Notes: generated by a model from the sequence alone, not told the origin. A stretch of 28,603 nucleotides of DNA from Armatimonadota bacterium (GCA_037446215.1 JBBIJB010000027.1:1-28603), one strand, 5' to 3'. Shown: positions 1 to 10,238, counted from the stretch's first letter. Translations and numbers: made by a program.

Positions 1-681
1 GGCAACGACCACCCCCATGGGATCGACCACCAGGGAGCGGCCGACGCGGTCGGCTGAGATTTGGTCCGCCGCGATGAACCAGCAGGCATTCTCGATGGCC
101 CGCGCGCGCACCAGGGTTACCCAGTGCTCCTCCTTGAGCGGCCCGCTGACCCACGAGGTGGGCATCACGATGACCTCGGCGCCGCCCAGGGCCAGCAGCC
201 GGGACCACTCGGGGAAGCGCACATCGTAGCAGATCTGCAGCCCGAGGCGTCCCAGCGCAGTCTCGACCACTGGCGGCGGCGCGCTTGCCGGTACTATCCA
301 GTCCGACTCACGCCCTTTGAAGGCGTCGTACAGGTGGACCTTCCTGTAGACGGCCAGGAGTCCGCCCTGGGGCGAGAGCAGTACGGCGGTGTTGTATGCT
401 CGGCTCTCCTCGCCCGGCGCGCGCTCCAGCACCCCCATGACGAGGTGCAGCCCGTGCTCTCGCCCGGTCTCAGCCATCGCCCGGACGAACGGGCCATCGA
501 CGGGCTCCGCGATCTGGCCGAGCGGCGTGGACAGATCGACGGGCCTCCTGTACATGTACATCTCGGGGAAGACGAGCAGCTCCACACCGAGCCGCCCGGC
601 CTCTGCCGCCACATCGATCGCCCGGGTCAGGTTGGCGGCCACGTCTGATGCCGGCCCTAACTGCGCCATGCCCACACGCAT
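1..681 (-). CDS. Carbon-nitrogen hydrolase (nitrilase superfamily, Nit1/YbeM-like amidase), 3' end outside the window
   Basis: Absent from the ORF track (no stop in window). Manual translation from ATG at 681: MRVGMAQLGPASDVAANLTRAIDVAAEAGRLGVELLVFPEMY...YNTAVLL...YRKVHLYDAF...GLQICYDVRFPE...RARAIEN...GRSLVVDPMGVVVA. The E-K-C triad is present (FPE, YRK, ICYD). The start overlaps the creatininase stop (TGATG). Confidence 0.92.
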   Translation of the reverse strand, partial: MRVGMAQLGPASDVAANLTRAIDVAAEAGRLGVELLVFPEMYMYRRPVDLSTPLGQIAEPVDGPFVRAMAETGREHGLHLVMGVLERAPGEESRAYNTAVLLSPQGGLLAVYRKVHLYDAFKGRESDWIVPASAPPPVVETALGRLGLQICYDVRFPEWSRLLALGGAEVIVMPTSWVSGPLKEEHWVTLVRARAIENACWFIAADQISADRVGRSLVVDPMGVVVA

Positions 682-1460
682 CACCGGCCACCCCCGGGTC
701 GGGCACGGTCCGTCTCCAGATGGTCCTGCCCGCCGAACTCGGGGCTCTGTGCGAACTCCACCAGGCGCGCGACGCCGCGCCGGAAGACCTCACTTCCTTT
801 CTGCGCGGTTCCCCTGGTCGCGTCTCCCAGAACCGCATCCGGCGCACGGTCGCGGTAGCTGCCGTACCTGATGATCTCGGGAAACCGGTCAGGCGCCGGC
901 GGGTTGCTCACAGCCCGATCCATGCTGACCAGGTGCGGGGCCAGGGCCAGCAGCAAGCTGGTGTTGGTCTCGGCGGCGTGGCCCTGCGGCAGCGCGCTCT
1001 CCATCAGCGGCGCCGCGTGAGGAATCAGGAAGCGCCAGAGATCTACCTGGGCGAACCGGCAGCCCGGGCTGTGGAGCTTCAACTCCTCCACGAGATCGGA
1101 GATGACGGCCACGTTTCCAGCGTGCCCGTTCAGGAACAGGATCCGCCGCACGCCGAGCCCGAGCAGAGATCCGGTCAAACCTGCCAGGTAGGCTCGCAGC
1201 GCCGCGGCGGGCACGCTGAGCGTGGGCGAGAACACCTGCAGGCTGGCCGAGAAGCCCACGGGCACCAGCGGTGCCACGAAGCAGGAGACGCTCTCCGCGA
1301 CCTCTCGGGCCATCCGGTCGGCCACCAGGCCATCGGAACCTTGCGGCAGGTGCGGGCCGTAGGCCTCCACCGCGCCTACCGGCAGGATGCACAGGTCTGT
1401 GGCGCGCGCGGCCTCCGCCACCTCCGTCCAAGACATCTCGGCGATCACAAACGCGGGCAC
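681..1460 (-). CDS. Creatininase-family (creatinine amidohydrolase-like) protein with non-canonical metal ligands
   Basis: Motifs EMSWTEV, LPVGAVEAYGPHLPQGSD, NGHAGN, GHAAETNTS and GDATRGTAQKG. GTG start preceded by AGGAGAG. Confidence 0.9.
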   Translation of the reverse strand: MPAFVIAEMSWTEVAEAARATDLCILPVGAVEAYGPHLPQGSDGLVADRMAREVAESVSCFVAPLVPVGFSASLQVFSPTLSVPAAALRAYLAGLTGSLLGLGVRRILFLNGHAGNVAVISDLVEELKLHSPGCRFAQVDLWRFLIPHAAPLMESALPQGHAAETNTSLLLALAPHLVSMDRAVSNPPAPDRFPEIIRYGSYRDRAPDAVLGDATRGTAQKGSEVFRRGVARLVEFAQSPEFGGQDHLETDRARPGGGR

Positions 1461-1465
1461 CTCTC

Positions 1466-2305
1466 CTAGACCTCCCTTCGAGCGACGTCCTTCCGCAGAC
1501 GCGGGTCCAGGTAGTCGCGGAGTCCGTCACCCAGCAAGTTGAACGATAGAACGGTCCCAAGGATGAGAAGAGACGGGGCGACCACCACGGAAGGTGAGAT
1601 CTCCATGAAGTGACGCCCCGACGACACCATCCTGCCCCATGAGGGCGCCGGCGCCGGGGGGCCCATCCCCAGGAAGCTCAGTCCCGACTCCAGGAGGATC
1701 GCGAAGCCCAGGCTGAGCGAGAACTGGACCATCAACGGCGCGAGCATGTTCGGCAGTATGGCCCGTGTTATGATGCGCCGATCCCCGGCGCCCACCGCCC
1801 TGGCGGCTTCCACAAACTCCATCTCACGGAGGCGAAGGCTCGACCCGTACGCGATGCGAGCGAACAGCGGCGTATAGAGGACGGCGATGGTGAGGATCAC
1901 GTTCCTGGTGGATGCGCCCAGGAACGCGATGACCACGATGGCCAGCAGCACCGGCGGGAAGCTCAGGATAACCTCGATGGAGCGCATCAGGGCGATCTCC
2001 GCCCATCCCCTGTAGTACGCGGCCACCAACCCGATCAGCGTGCCGGCCGCGGAGGCGAGCGTCACGGCCGAGAAGGCCACCAGGAGGGAGATCCGTGTCC
2101 CAAAGAGCAGACGTGAGAGGGTGTCGCGCCCGAACTCGTCGGTGCCCAGCACGTGTCGCACGGACGGGGGCTGAAGCCGGGCTGACGGGTTCATCTCCAA
2201 CGGCGGGTGCGGCGCGAGCGCCTCCGCCAGTACGCCAGAGGCGACCACCAGAAGGATGAAGGCGACGCTGAAGGTCACGCGTGGGTTCCTCCAGATGCGC
2301 CTCAC
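1466..2305 (-). CDS. Peptide/nickel ABC transporter permease, DppC/OppC-like
   Basis: HVLGTDEFGRDTLSR, EAA loop (EFVEAARAVGA), ESGLSFLG, PSWG and FNLLGDGLRDYLDPR. Confidence 0.95.
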   Translation of the reverse strand: MRRIWRNPRVTFSVAFILLVVASGVLAEALAPHPPLEMNPSARLQPPSVRHVLGTDEFGRDTLSRLLFGTRISLLVAFSAVTLASAAGTLIGLVAAYYRGWAEIALMRSIEVILSFPPVLLAIVVIAFLGASTRNVILTIAVLYTPLFARIAYGSSLRLREMEFVEAARAVGAGDRRIITRAILPNMLAPLMVQFSLSLGFAILLESGLSFLGMGPPAPAPSWGRMVSSGRHFMEISPSVVVAPSLLILGTVLSFNLLGDGLRDYLDPRLRKDVARREV

Positions 2306-2315
2306 GTCGCCTTCC

Positions 2316-3263
2316 CTACTGGTACCTGATCCTGGGATCGAGAAAGCCGTATATCAGGTCCACCGCCAAGTTGATCAGGGCGAAGGCCATGCAGATCACC
2401 AGCACCACGCCCTTCACGACCGGGTAGTCCCGCTGGCTCACCCCAGTGATCAGGAATGTGCTGATCCCCGGCCAGGCGAACACCTCCTCTACAATGACGC
2501 TGCCGCCCAGCAGGTTCCCCATTTGGACGCCGATCACGGTCACCACGGGGATGAGAGAGTTCCTGAGCGCGTGGTGGAAGAGCACGACGCGCTCAGGGAG
2601 GCCCTTGGCCCGCGCGGTGCGGACGAAATCCTGAAGGATGACCTCGAGCAGCGACGATCTGGTCATCCGCATGATCACGGCGGTCATGCCCAGCGAAAGA
2701 ACCACCATCGGCATGACCAGCAACGCCACGTGCCCCGTGGGGTCGCTTGAGAACGCCGTCCACCCCGACGACGGCAGCAGCCGTAGCCGCACGCTCAGCA
2801 CCAGCACCAGCAAGGTCCCGGTCACGAAGACCGGCGCCGAGACGCCAAGCATCGCCAAGACCGAGGCCCCGACATCCAGCCTGGAGTTGTGGTGACGGGC
2901 CGCGAGAACGCCGAGCGGGGTCCCGACCAGCACCGCCAAAGCAACCGCGCCGGCGACGAGCTCGAACGTCCGGGGCAGACGCAGGGCCAGGTCCTTTGCC
3001 ACCGGCCGTCCGGTGACCAGCGACTTCCCGAAGTCGCCGCGCGACAACCCGACCAGCCAGGATGTGTACTGGACGTGGAGGGGCCGGTCGAGACCGAGCG
3101 ATGCCCGTACCGCGGCCAGCTTCTCCGGCGTAGCCTGTTCGTCGCCGACTATCGTGAGCGCGGGATCTCCCGGGACCAGGTGGATCAGGAAGAAGATGAT
3201 TGTTGCGACGACAAGGAGCAAGCCAAGGGTCGACAGCAGCCGCCGCAGGAGGAAGGTCTTCAT
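2316..3263 (-). CDS. Peptide/nickel ABC transporter permease, DppB/OppB-like
   Basis: PGDPA, LGLDRPLHVQY, GDFGKSL, DFVRTARAKGL, HALRNSLIPVVT, VEEVFAWPG and YGFLDPRI. Confidence 0.95.
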   Translation of the reverse strand: MKTFLLRRLLSTLGLLLVVATIIFFLIHLVPGDPALTIVGDEQATPEKLAAVRASLGLDRPLHVQYTSWLVGLSRGDFGKSLVTGRPVAKDLALRLPRTFELVAGAVALAVLVGTPLGVLAARHHNSRLDVGASVLAMLGVSAPVFVTGTLLVLVLSVRLRLLPSSGWTAFSSDPTGHVALLVMPMVVLSLGMTAVIMRMTRSSLLEVILQDFVRTARAKGLPERVVLFHHALRNSLIPVVTVIGVQMGNLLGGSVIVEEVFAWPGISTFLITGVSQRDYPVVKGVVLVICMAFALINLAVDLIYGFLDPRIRYQ

Positions 3264-3347
3264 GGCGCGGTCCGTGCTCCTGGCGCCCTTGGGTTGCGGT
3301 AGGCTCCTGCGGCGCCTGCTTCGACGGGGATCACGTTGCTGCGACCC

Positions 3348-4922
3348 CTAGCGATCGAGCCACACGTATCTCAGGAAGACTTGAGAGTCGGTCACGAGCC
3401 CGCCGGGCAGGTGCTGATAGCCCTGGACTGCCTTCACGGCGGCGTCCCCCTGAACCCGCAGGGTCAGGAAGGTCCACGGCGACAGGGCCAACAGGCGCTC
3501 CTCGAACTGGCGGTAGATGCGCTTGCGCTGGGCCTGATCGATCGTGGCCCGCCCTTCCTTCAGGAGCCGGTCCAGGGTGTCGTTCCGGAAGCCTACCGGC
3601 TTCGAGTAGAACGCTGACTGGCTGGAGAAGTAGTACGCGTAGAAGTCCGGGTCGATGATGGTGCTGAGCAGTCCGTGCACGCGGAAATCGTAGTCGCCCT
3701 TGAAGCCACGCTCCACGGCGATCGGCCACTCGACACTGTCCAGCACGACGTTCATGCCGATCTTGCGAAGCTCTGCTTGGACCACTTCGCCTGTCTGGTA
3801 GTGCATCGCGTGTGTGGCTGACTGCATCAGACGCACGGGGGTCGAAGGGTCATATCCGGCTTCGGCGAGGAGCTTCCTCGCCCGCTCCGGATCGTGCTTG
3901 AATGTGCCCTCCAGCTCGGAGTTGTGCGCCCAGGTCCCTGCGGGAATGAGCCCGCCCGTTATAGTCGATCCGCGCCCGAAGAACACCACGTCCAAGATAG
4001 CCTGGCGGTTGACGGCATGGGCGATTGCCTGCCGGATGCGCCGGTCGTCGAACGGCTTTCGATTGACGTTGTACATCAGCACCATGAAGGGCCCGGGTGT
4101 ACCCCAGAACTGAAGCCGCGCATCGCGCTCTATGATCGCCATATCCTTCCAGGGGACGTACCCGATCATGTCGACCGCGCCCGAGCGCAGCGCGTTGACC
4201 CGTGTGGCGTCGTCGCGCAGCGGCAGGAAGGTTATGCCGTCGAGGTAGGGGACGCCCCTCTCGAAGTAGTTCTGGTTCTTGACCAGCCGGATGCGCACGC
4301 CCGGCTCACGCTCGGCGAAAGCGAAGGGCCCTGTGCCTATCGGCGTGGACCTGAAGTCGTGGTTGGCATCGGCCAGCGCCTTGGAGACGATGGCTGCCTC
4401 GGGTCTGGCCAGCAGGGCGAGGAACGAAGCTTGGGGCTCGGTCAGCGTGATCTTCACCGTATGGCTGCCCGTGACCTCGACCGCGGCGATATTCGGTGTG
4501 AGCGAATCCCGAATGAGCGCGCTGATCCTCGGGTTTGCGATCCGATCGATCGACGCCTTCACATCAGCCGCGACGAGCGGCGCATCGTTGTGGAAGCGCA
4601 CGCCACGCCGGATGTGGAAGATGTAGGTCTTGGGGTCTGGGATCTCCCATCGCTCGGCCAGATCCGGAATCAGCGACCCCCCGGGGCCGTATCGCAGCAG
4701 TGAGTTGTAGATCTGCAGGATAACGTTGCGGCTGGCGGCGCCCGTTGCCACGTGCGGGTCGATATTGGGCGGATCCGCGTCAAGCCCGTAGCGGAGATGG
4801 CCGCCCGGTCTCGGGGATGGCCCGGCGGACGACTGCCAAGGGGTCAGCGAGAGAGTCGCGCATATCAGCGCGATCGATGCTGCGCATGCCAGGAGCACGC
4901 TACGGCGCCTTCTCGGGGTCAT
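3348..4922 (-). CDS. ABC transporter substrate-binding protein, family 5 (DppA/OppA-like)
   Basis: PDLAERWE, FHIRRGVRFHND, PIGTGPF, ALRSGAVD, KPFDDRRIRQAIAHAVNR and DPERARKLLAEAGY. Start placed at ATG 4922 because GAGGAGG lies 6 nt upstream (the track uses 4943). N-terminus RRRRSVLL plus a hydrophobic stretch resembles a signal peptide, possibly Tat. Confidence 0.93.
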   Translation of the reverse strand: MTPRRRRSVLLACAASIALICATLSLTPWQSSAGPSPRPGGHLRYGLDADPPNIDPHVATGAASRNVILQIYNSLLRYGPGGSLIPDLAERWEIPDPKTYIFHIRRGVRFHNDAPLVAADVKASIDRIANPRISALIRDSLTPNIAAVEVTGSHTVKITLTEPQASFLALLARPEAAIVSKALADANHDFRSTPIGTGPFAFAEREPGVRIRLVKNQNYFERGVPYLDGITFLPLRDDATRVNALRSGAVDMIGYVPWKDMAIIERDARLQFWGTPGPFMVLMYNVNRKPFDDRRIRQAIAHAVNRQAILDVVFFGRGSTITGGLIPAGTWAHNSELEGTFKHDPERARKLLAEAGYDPSTPVRLMQSATHAMHYQTGEVVQAELRKIGMNVVLDSVEWPIAVERGFKGDYDFRVHGLLSTIIDPDFYAYYFSSQSAFYSKPVGFRNDTLDRLLKEGRATIDQAQRKRIYRQFEERLLALSPWTFLTLRVQGDAAVKAVQGYQHLPGGLVTDSQVFLRYVWLDR

Positions 4923-4963
4923 CGGTTTCCTCCTCGTTGCCATAGTGGGGGCTCTGGATGGTC

Positions 4964-4991
4964 ATTCTACTCTCTGACAACTCGCACCTGC
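4964..4991 (-). promoter_or_regulatory. Putative sigma-H-type promoter of the dpp operon (GCAGG-N19-GAAT; also contains TAGAAT)
   Basis: Minus strand reads GCAGGtgcgagttgtcagagagtaGAAT, about 40 nt upstream of the SBP start. Same geometry as three other sites in the window. Confidence 0.55.
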
Positions 4992-5001
4992 GCGGAGCAC
5001 G

Positions 5002-5109
5002 TATCTGCCCGCCGGGCGCTCCGCCGCGATAGCCTACATCCTGTTCGTGATCATCTTCTGCATGACGCTGGTACAGTGGAGGATCGGCAAGAGGGTCCAC
5101 TACCAGTGA
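5002..5109 (+). pseudogene. Remnant of the C-terminus of a carbohydrate ABC permease (MalF/UgpA-like)
   Basis: Frame reads YLPAGRSAAIAYILFVIIFCMTLVQWRIGKRVHYQ*, matching the typical GxASAIAxxLFxII...QxR...VHY ending. In-frame TGA at 4975 and no start codon before the homologous segment. Confidence 0.65.
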
Positions 5110-5164
5110 TCCGACCCCGGGTGAGGCAGGGCTTCCCGGCTCGCGGTGCTTGACCTGGAGAGCA

Positions 5165-5198
5165 GCGAGGGGGCTGCAAGGCACCGCGGCCCCCTCGC
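5165..5198. terminator. GC-rich hairpin downstream of the CHRD gene (possible terminator)
   Basis: GCGAGGGGGCTGC-aaggcacc-GCGGCCCCCTCGC: 13-bp stem with one G-T pair, 29 nt past the CHRD stop. U-tract weak. Confidence 0.5.
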
Positions 5199-5226
5199 GC
5201 TTGTATGGTGGGTCTGGTCAGACGGC

Positions 5227-5727
5227 CTACCTAATCTGCCCGCGGATCTCCCCTGCGGGGAATGCCCTCGTGTGGACGTTGACGTAGGCAGTGCCGTTGC
5301 TGATCGCGCTGACGAGCGCGTCAAGCGTTTGACCCGCCAGTGGTCCGATCAACTGCGACCTCGCGATAGTTCCCTCTGCGAGGTGCCCGCTGAACACCCC
5401 ATCGATCGGCCTTGCCGGCGGAGCCGACGGATACAGCCAGACCGCCACGGGGCCGTTCTGGCCCGCGGGCGCGATGTGTATGTGCGCCATCTGCACGTCA
5501 CGGGCGTTGTCGACGTGGAGCCAGTACGTGAGGGAGTTCCCGTCGGCGGCAACCTCGAACGCCGCGAAGCCGGTGGTGTCCGACGCCGCCATGGGGACGG
5601 ACTCCCCACCAGACAACTGAGCGAACCAGATCGTGCGGGACTGCGCGGATGCGGGCGCCGCAGGCAGTGCCAGACCGGCAACGGCCAGGACGACACCCAG
5701 CAGTACAACTACCCCTACCGCTCTCAT
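5227..5727 (-). CDS. Exported CHRD-domain protein
   Basis: LSGGESVP...TGFAAFEV...AHIH...GQNGPV...YVNVHTRAFPAGEIRGQI is the CHRD signature. N-terminal signal peptide ending A-S-A. GAGGAGGAAGG precedes ATG 5727. Confidence 0.9.
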   Translation of the reverse strand: MRAVGVVVLLGVVLAVAGLALPAAPASAQSRTIWFAQLSGGESVPMAASDTTGFAAFEVAADGNSLTYWLHVDNARDVQMAHIHIAPAGQNGPVAVWLYPSAPPARPIDGVFSGHLAEGTIARSQLIGPLAGQTLDALVSAISNGTAYVNVHTRAFPAGEIRGQIR

Positions 5728-5919
5728 GACCTTCCTCCTCATCCTGGAACGGTGCGCTGCCCGCGTTCAGGCAGTCTGTCGCATCGCCCCTTCCAACGGC
5801 GTGCTGCACCCCTCTATTCCGCCCCCAGGAGTGGGCCGGCCAAGCGTAGGGATTCAGGCCGAGCACACGGAATCCACACCCTGGCCGTCGATGGCAGCTA
5901 CCGGAGGAGACAGAGGGAG

Positions 5920-6186
5920 GGGGAGGGCGCCAGGATCCTTGGCCATCTCAAGGAGGCCGGCGTCAACCTGATCGCGTTCCATGCGTTCCCCACGCAGCGG
6001 CGCACGCAGATGGTCATGGTCCCGTCTGATCCTGCGCAGTTCAAGGCGGCGGCGCGGAAGGCCAAGTGGAAGGTGGTGGGCCCGAAGAAAGCCTCCCACG
6101 TCGAAGGGGACGACCGCGTGGGCGCTCTCGTGGGCCACATGGGCAAGTTGGGCGAGGCCAAGGTCAACATCACCGCCACCGACGCT
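5920..6186 (+). pseudogene. Internal fragment of a tandem ACT-domain protein
   Basis: Within the 5146-6315 track ORF: GEGARILGHLKEAGVNLIAFHAFP...GDDRVGALVGHMGKLGEAKVNITATDA contains two ACT-like helix-GVN/KVN-strand units. No credible start; the sequence diverges on both sides. Confidence 0.55.
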
Positions 6187-6328
6187 GGGGCTCACCTAGG
6201 GCCGAGGCCGGTTCTGCCGCTCCCGGGTCACGAGCGGGGCGCCCGCCTTCAGGTCGTGGCGTGCCACCCTGCCGCGTCTGCGCCCGAACTCCATTGCCGT
6301 CGCCCGAATAGTTGAGCGGAGGTAGACA

Positions 6329-7126
6329 ATGAATGCGAGGACCGTAGTCGTCACGGGCGCGTCGAGCGGAATCGGGGAGGCGACCGCGAGGGCGTTTGGC
6401 CTCAGGGGAGACCGCGTGGTCCTGGTCGCTCGGCGGACTGACAGGCTCGAGCGGTTGGCCGGCGAGCTGCCCGAGGCACTGGTAGTCACCGCGGACGTGA
6501 CGCGGCGCGACGAGATGGCGCGGATCGTCGGGGCGGCGGTGGGCCGGTACGGCGGAGTCGACGTCCTTGTGAACAACGCGGGCCTGGGCAGGCACGACTG
6601 GCTCGAGCGGCTGCCCGTCGTCGAGATCGCGGCCCAGATCGACACCAACTTGACCGCGCCCATCTTACTCACCCAGGCGGTGCTCCCGACCATGCAGGCG
6701 CGGAGCCGAGGTGTGATCATCAACGTCTGCTCCGTCGCGGGCAAGATCGGCGTGCCCACGATGTCGATCTACGCCGCCACCAAGTTCGGGCTGACGGGCT
6801 TCTCCGAGGGACTGCGAAGGGAGCTCCGGCCGCAGGGGATCCACGTCTGCACCATCTATCCCGGGCCGGTGACCGGGACTGAGTTCAGCGCGAGGCGCCG
6901 CAAGGGCGGCCTCAGGCACGCGAGGGGAAGGCTGTTTCGCACCAGCACCGAGCGCGTCGCGCGGGCGATCGTTACCCTGGCAGACCGCCCTCGCCCTCAT
7001 GTCGTGATCCCGGCCGTCTTCTGGCCCCTCGTGGGTCTCAACGCGATTCTCCCATCGCTCGTGGACGCGCTCATAGCGCCGGTGGCCCGGCGCGCCCTGG
7101 CCGCGCGCGAGCCCGGCGAAGAGTAG
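6329..7126 (+). CDS. Short-chain dehydrogenase/reductase (SDR), likely NADP-dependent
   Basis: TGASSGIG, VLVARR (basic residues after beta2), NNAG, S...YAATK. GGAGG RBS. Confidence 0.95.
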   Translation: MNARTVVVTGASSGIGEATARAFGLRGDRVVLVARRTDRLERLAGELPEALVVTADVTRRDEMARIVGAAVGRYGGVDVLVNNAGLGRHDWLERLPVVEIAAQIDTNLTAPILLTQAVLPTMQARSRGVIINVCSVAGKIGVPTMSIYAATKFGLTGFSEGLRRELRPQGIHVCTIYPGPVTGTEFSARRRKGGLRHARGRLFRTSTERVARAIVTLADRPRPHVVIPAVFWPLVGLNAILPSLVDALIAPVARRALAAREPGEE

Positions 7127-7191
7127 GGAACACCGAGGCCGGGTCGTCCGTACATACCAGAGGACGATCAGATGAGAGAAGGGAGAACGAG

Positions 7192-7674
7192 ATGCGGCAG
7201 ATCAGATTCGCTGTGATGGCGGGATTGGCGCTGACCCTGCTGCTGCCACCTGCAGTCGTTACCGCCGAGCCTGTGGTCGATCAGGAGCTCAAGACGGGCT
7301 ACAGGGACCACGAGTACTGCTTCAGCCAGAACCTGGTCTTCGGCAACATCATCATACCTGGGCAGCGCTGCTACAGCTTCTACGTCGTGCGTGACCGCAC
7401 GGGCTACTTCCTGGGCTTTGGGCCTCAGGGACCGCCGATGATACCGCCCGGGCAGTTCGTCCGAATGGGGACGCCCGCGGGGGCGAAGGTGAAGGGCCGG
7501 CTGTTCTATCTGGTTCCGCTGCCGGTACGCTCCTCGTACGGCCAGGCGCTCGACTCGGTCCAGGCAGTGCGGGTTCGTGTGGGCGACAGCCCTAGAGGCC
7601 TCGTGATCATGCTCCCAGGCACCCTCTTCGGGCTCGGCGACCGGGCGGTCGAGCTGCCCTTCCTGCTGCGCTAG
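7192..7674 (+). CDS. Hypothetical secreted protein (160 aa)
   Basis: Purine-rich RBS (GAAGGGAG), signal peptide MRQIRFAVMAGLALTLLLPPAVVTA, GC-ending codon bias, fills the gap between the SDR and acs. Family not recognised. Confidence 0.8.
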   Translation: MRQIRFAVMAGLALTLLLPPAVVTAEPVVDQELKTGYRDHEYCFSQNLVFGNIIIPGQRCYSFYVVRDRTGYFLGFGPQGPPMIPPGQFVRMGTPAGAKVKGRLFYLVPLPVRSSYGQALDSVQAVRVRVGDSPRGLVIMLPGTLFGLGDRAVELPFLLR

Positions 7675-7732
7675 ACGGGAGGGCGTGACCCAAAGAGCCC
7701 GGCGTACCGGATCAGGGAGGGCGCGAGATCGG

Positions 7733-9676
<1,944 letters not shown>

Positions 9677-9682
9677 ACGGCA

Positions 9683-9711
9683 ATTGTACGGGGGCCCCCG
9701 TGGCCGTGCAA
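9683..9711 (-). promoter_or_regulatory. Sigma-70/sigma-A promoter for a leaderless acs mRNA
   Basis: Minus strand TTGCAC (9711-9706), 17 nt, TACAAT (9688-9683), 6 nt, GTG start. No Shine-Dalgarno. Confidence 0.7.
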
Positions 9712-9736
9712 GGAGCTTGGGACCCCGGCCTGGAAT
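9709..9736 (+). promoter_or_regulatory. Putative sigma-H-type promoter of the coxS-like gene (CAAGG-N19-GAAT)
   Basis: CAAGGagcttgggaccccggcctgGAAT, 35 nt upstream of GTG 9771. Confidence 0.5.
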
Positions 9737-9770
9737 GGATTCACATCCCAACGCGGCGGTGAGTGGGGAA

Positions 9771-10238
9771 GTGAAGGTAACCATCACGACGAACGGCGTC
9801 AGCGCCACCTGCGAAGTGGAGCCGCGCACGCTCCTGGTGCACTACCTGCGGGACGTACTCGGACTTACCGGGACGCACATCGGCTGCGACACGACGAGCT
9901 GCGGCGCGTGCACCGTGCTCCTCAACGGGCTAGCGGTGAAGTCCTGCACGGTCCTCGCGGTGCAGGCCGACGGCGGCAGCATCACGACCGTCGAGGGGTT
10001 GGCCCGGAACGGCGGCCTGCATCCACTCCAGGAGGCGTTCTGGGAAGAACACGCGCTCCAGTGCGGCTACTGCACGCCCGGGATGCTCATGACCGCCATC
10101 CAGATCATCGAGCGGCACCCCCGGCCGACCCCGGAGCAGATCCGGCGCGGCCTGGAGGGAAACCTGTGTCGGTGCACCGGCTACCAGCAGATAGTCGCCG
10201 CCGTGAAGTCCGCGGCAGGACGGATGGCTGCCGAGTAA
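9771..10238 (+). CDS. coxS: (2Fe-2S)-binding small subunit of the xanthine/CO dehydrogenase family (CoxS/CutS-like)
   Basis: GCDTTSCGACTV...SC, QCGYCTPG and GNLCRCTGY. GTG at 9771 gives the typical MKVTITTNG N-terminus. Confidence 0.9.
   Translation: MKVTITTNGVSATCEVEPRTLLVHYLRDVLGLTGTHIGCDTTSCGACTVLLNGLAVKSCTVLAVQADGGSITTVEGLARNGGLHPLQEAFWEEHALQCGYCTPGMLMTAIQIIERHPRPTPEQIRRGLEGNLCRCTGYQQIVAAVKSAAGRMAAE

Noticed and set aside
5766..5795. GAAGG-N20-GAAC upstream of CHRD as a fifth sigma-H-like site
   Set aside because: The spacing is one base longer than the other four and outside the known 18-19 range.
5146..6315. 389-aa plus-strand ORF
   Set aside because: Mostly the antisense of the CHRD gene joined to the ACT remnant; a chance open frame in high-GC DNA.
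7675..7732. Direct repeat GGGAGGGCG twice between convergent genes
   Set aside because: A 9-bp GC-rich match is expected by chance, and there are no transposase or target-site-duplication features.
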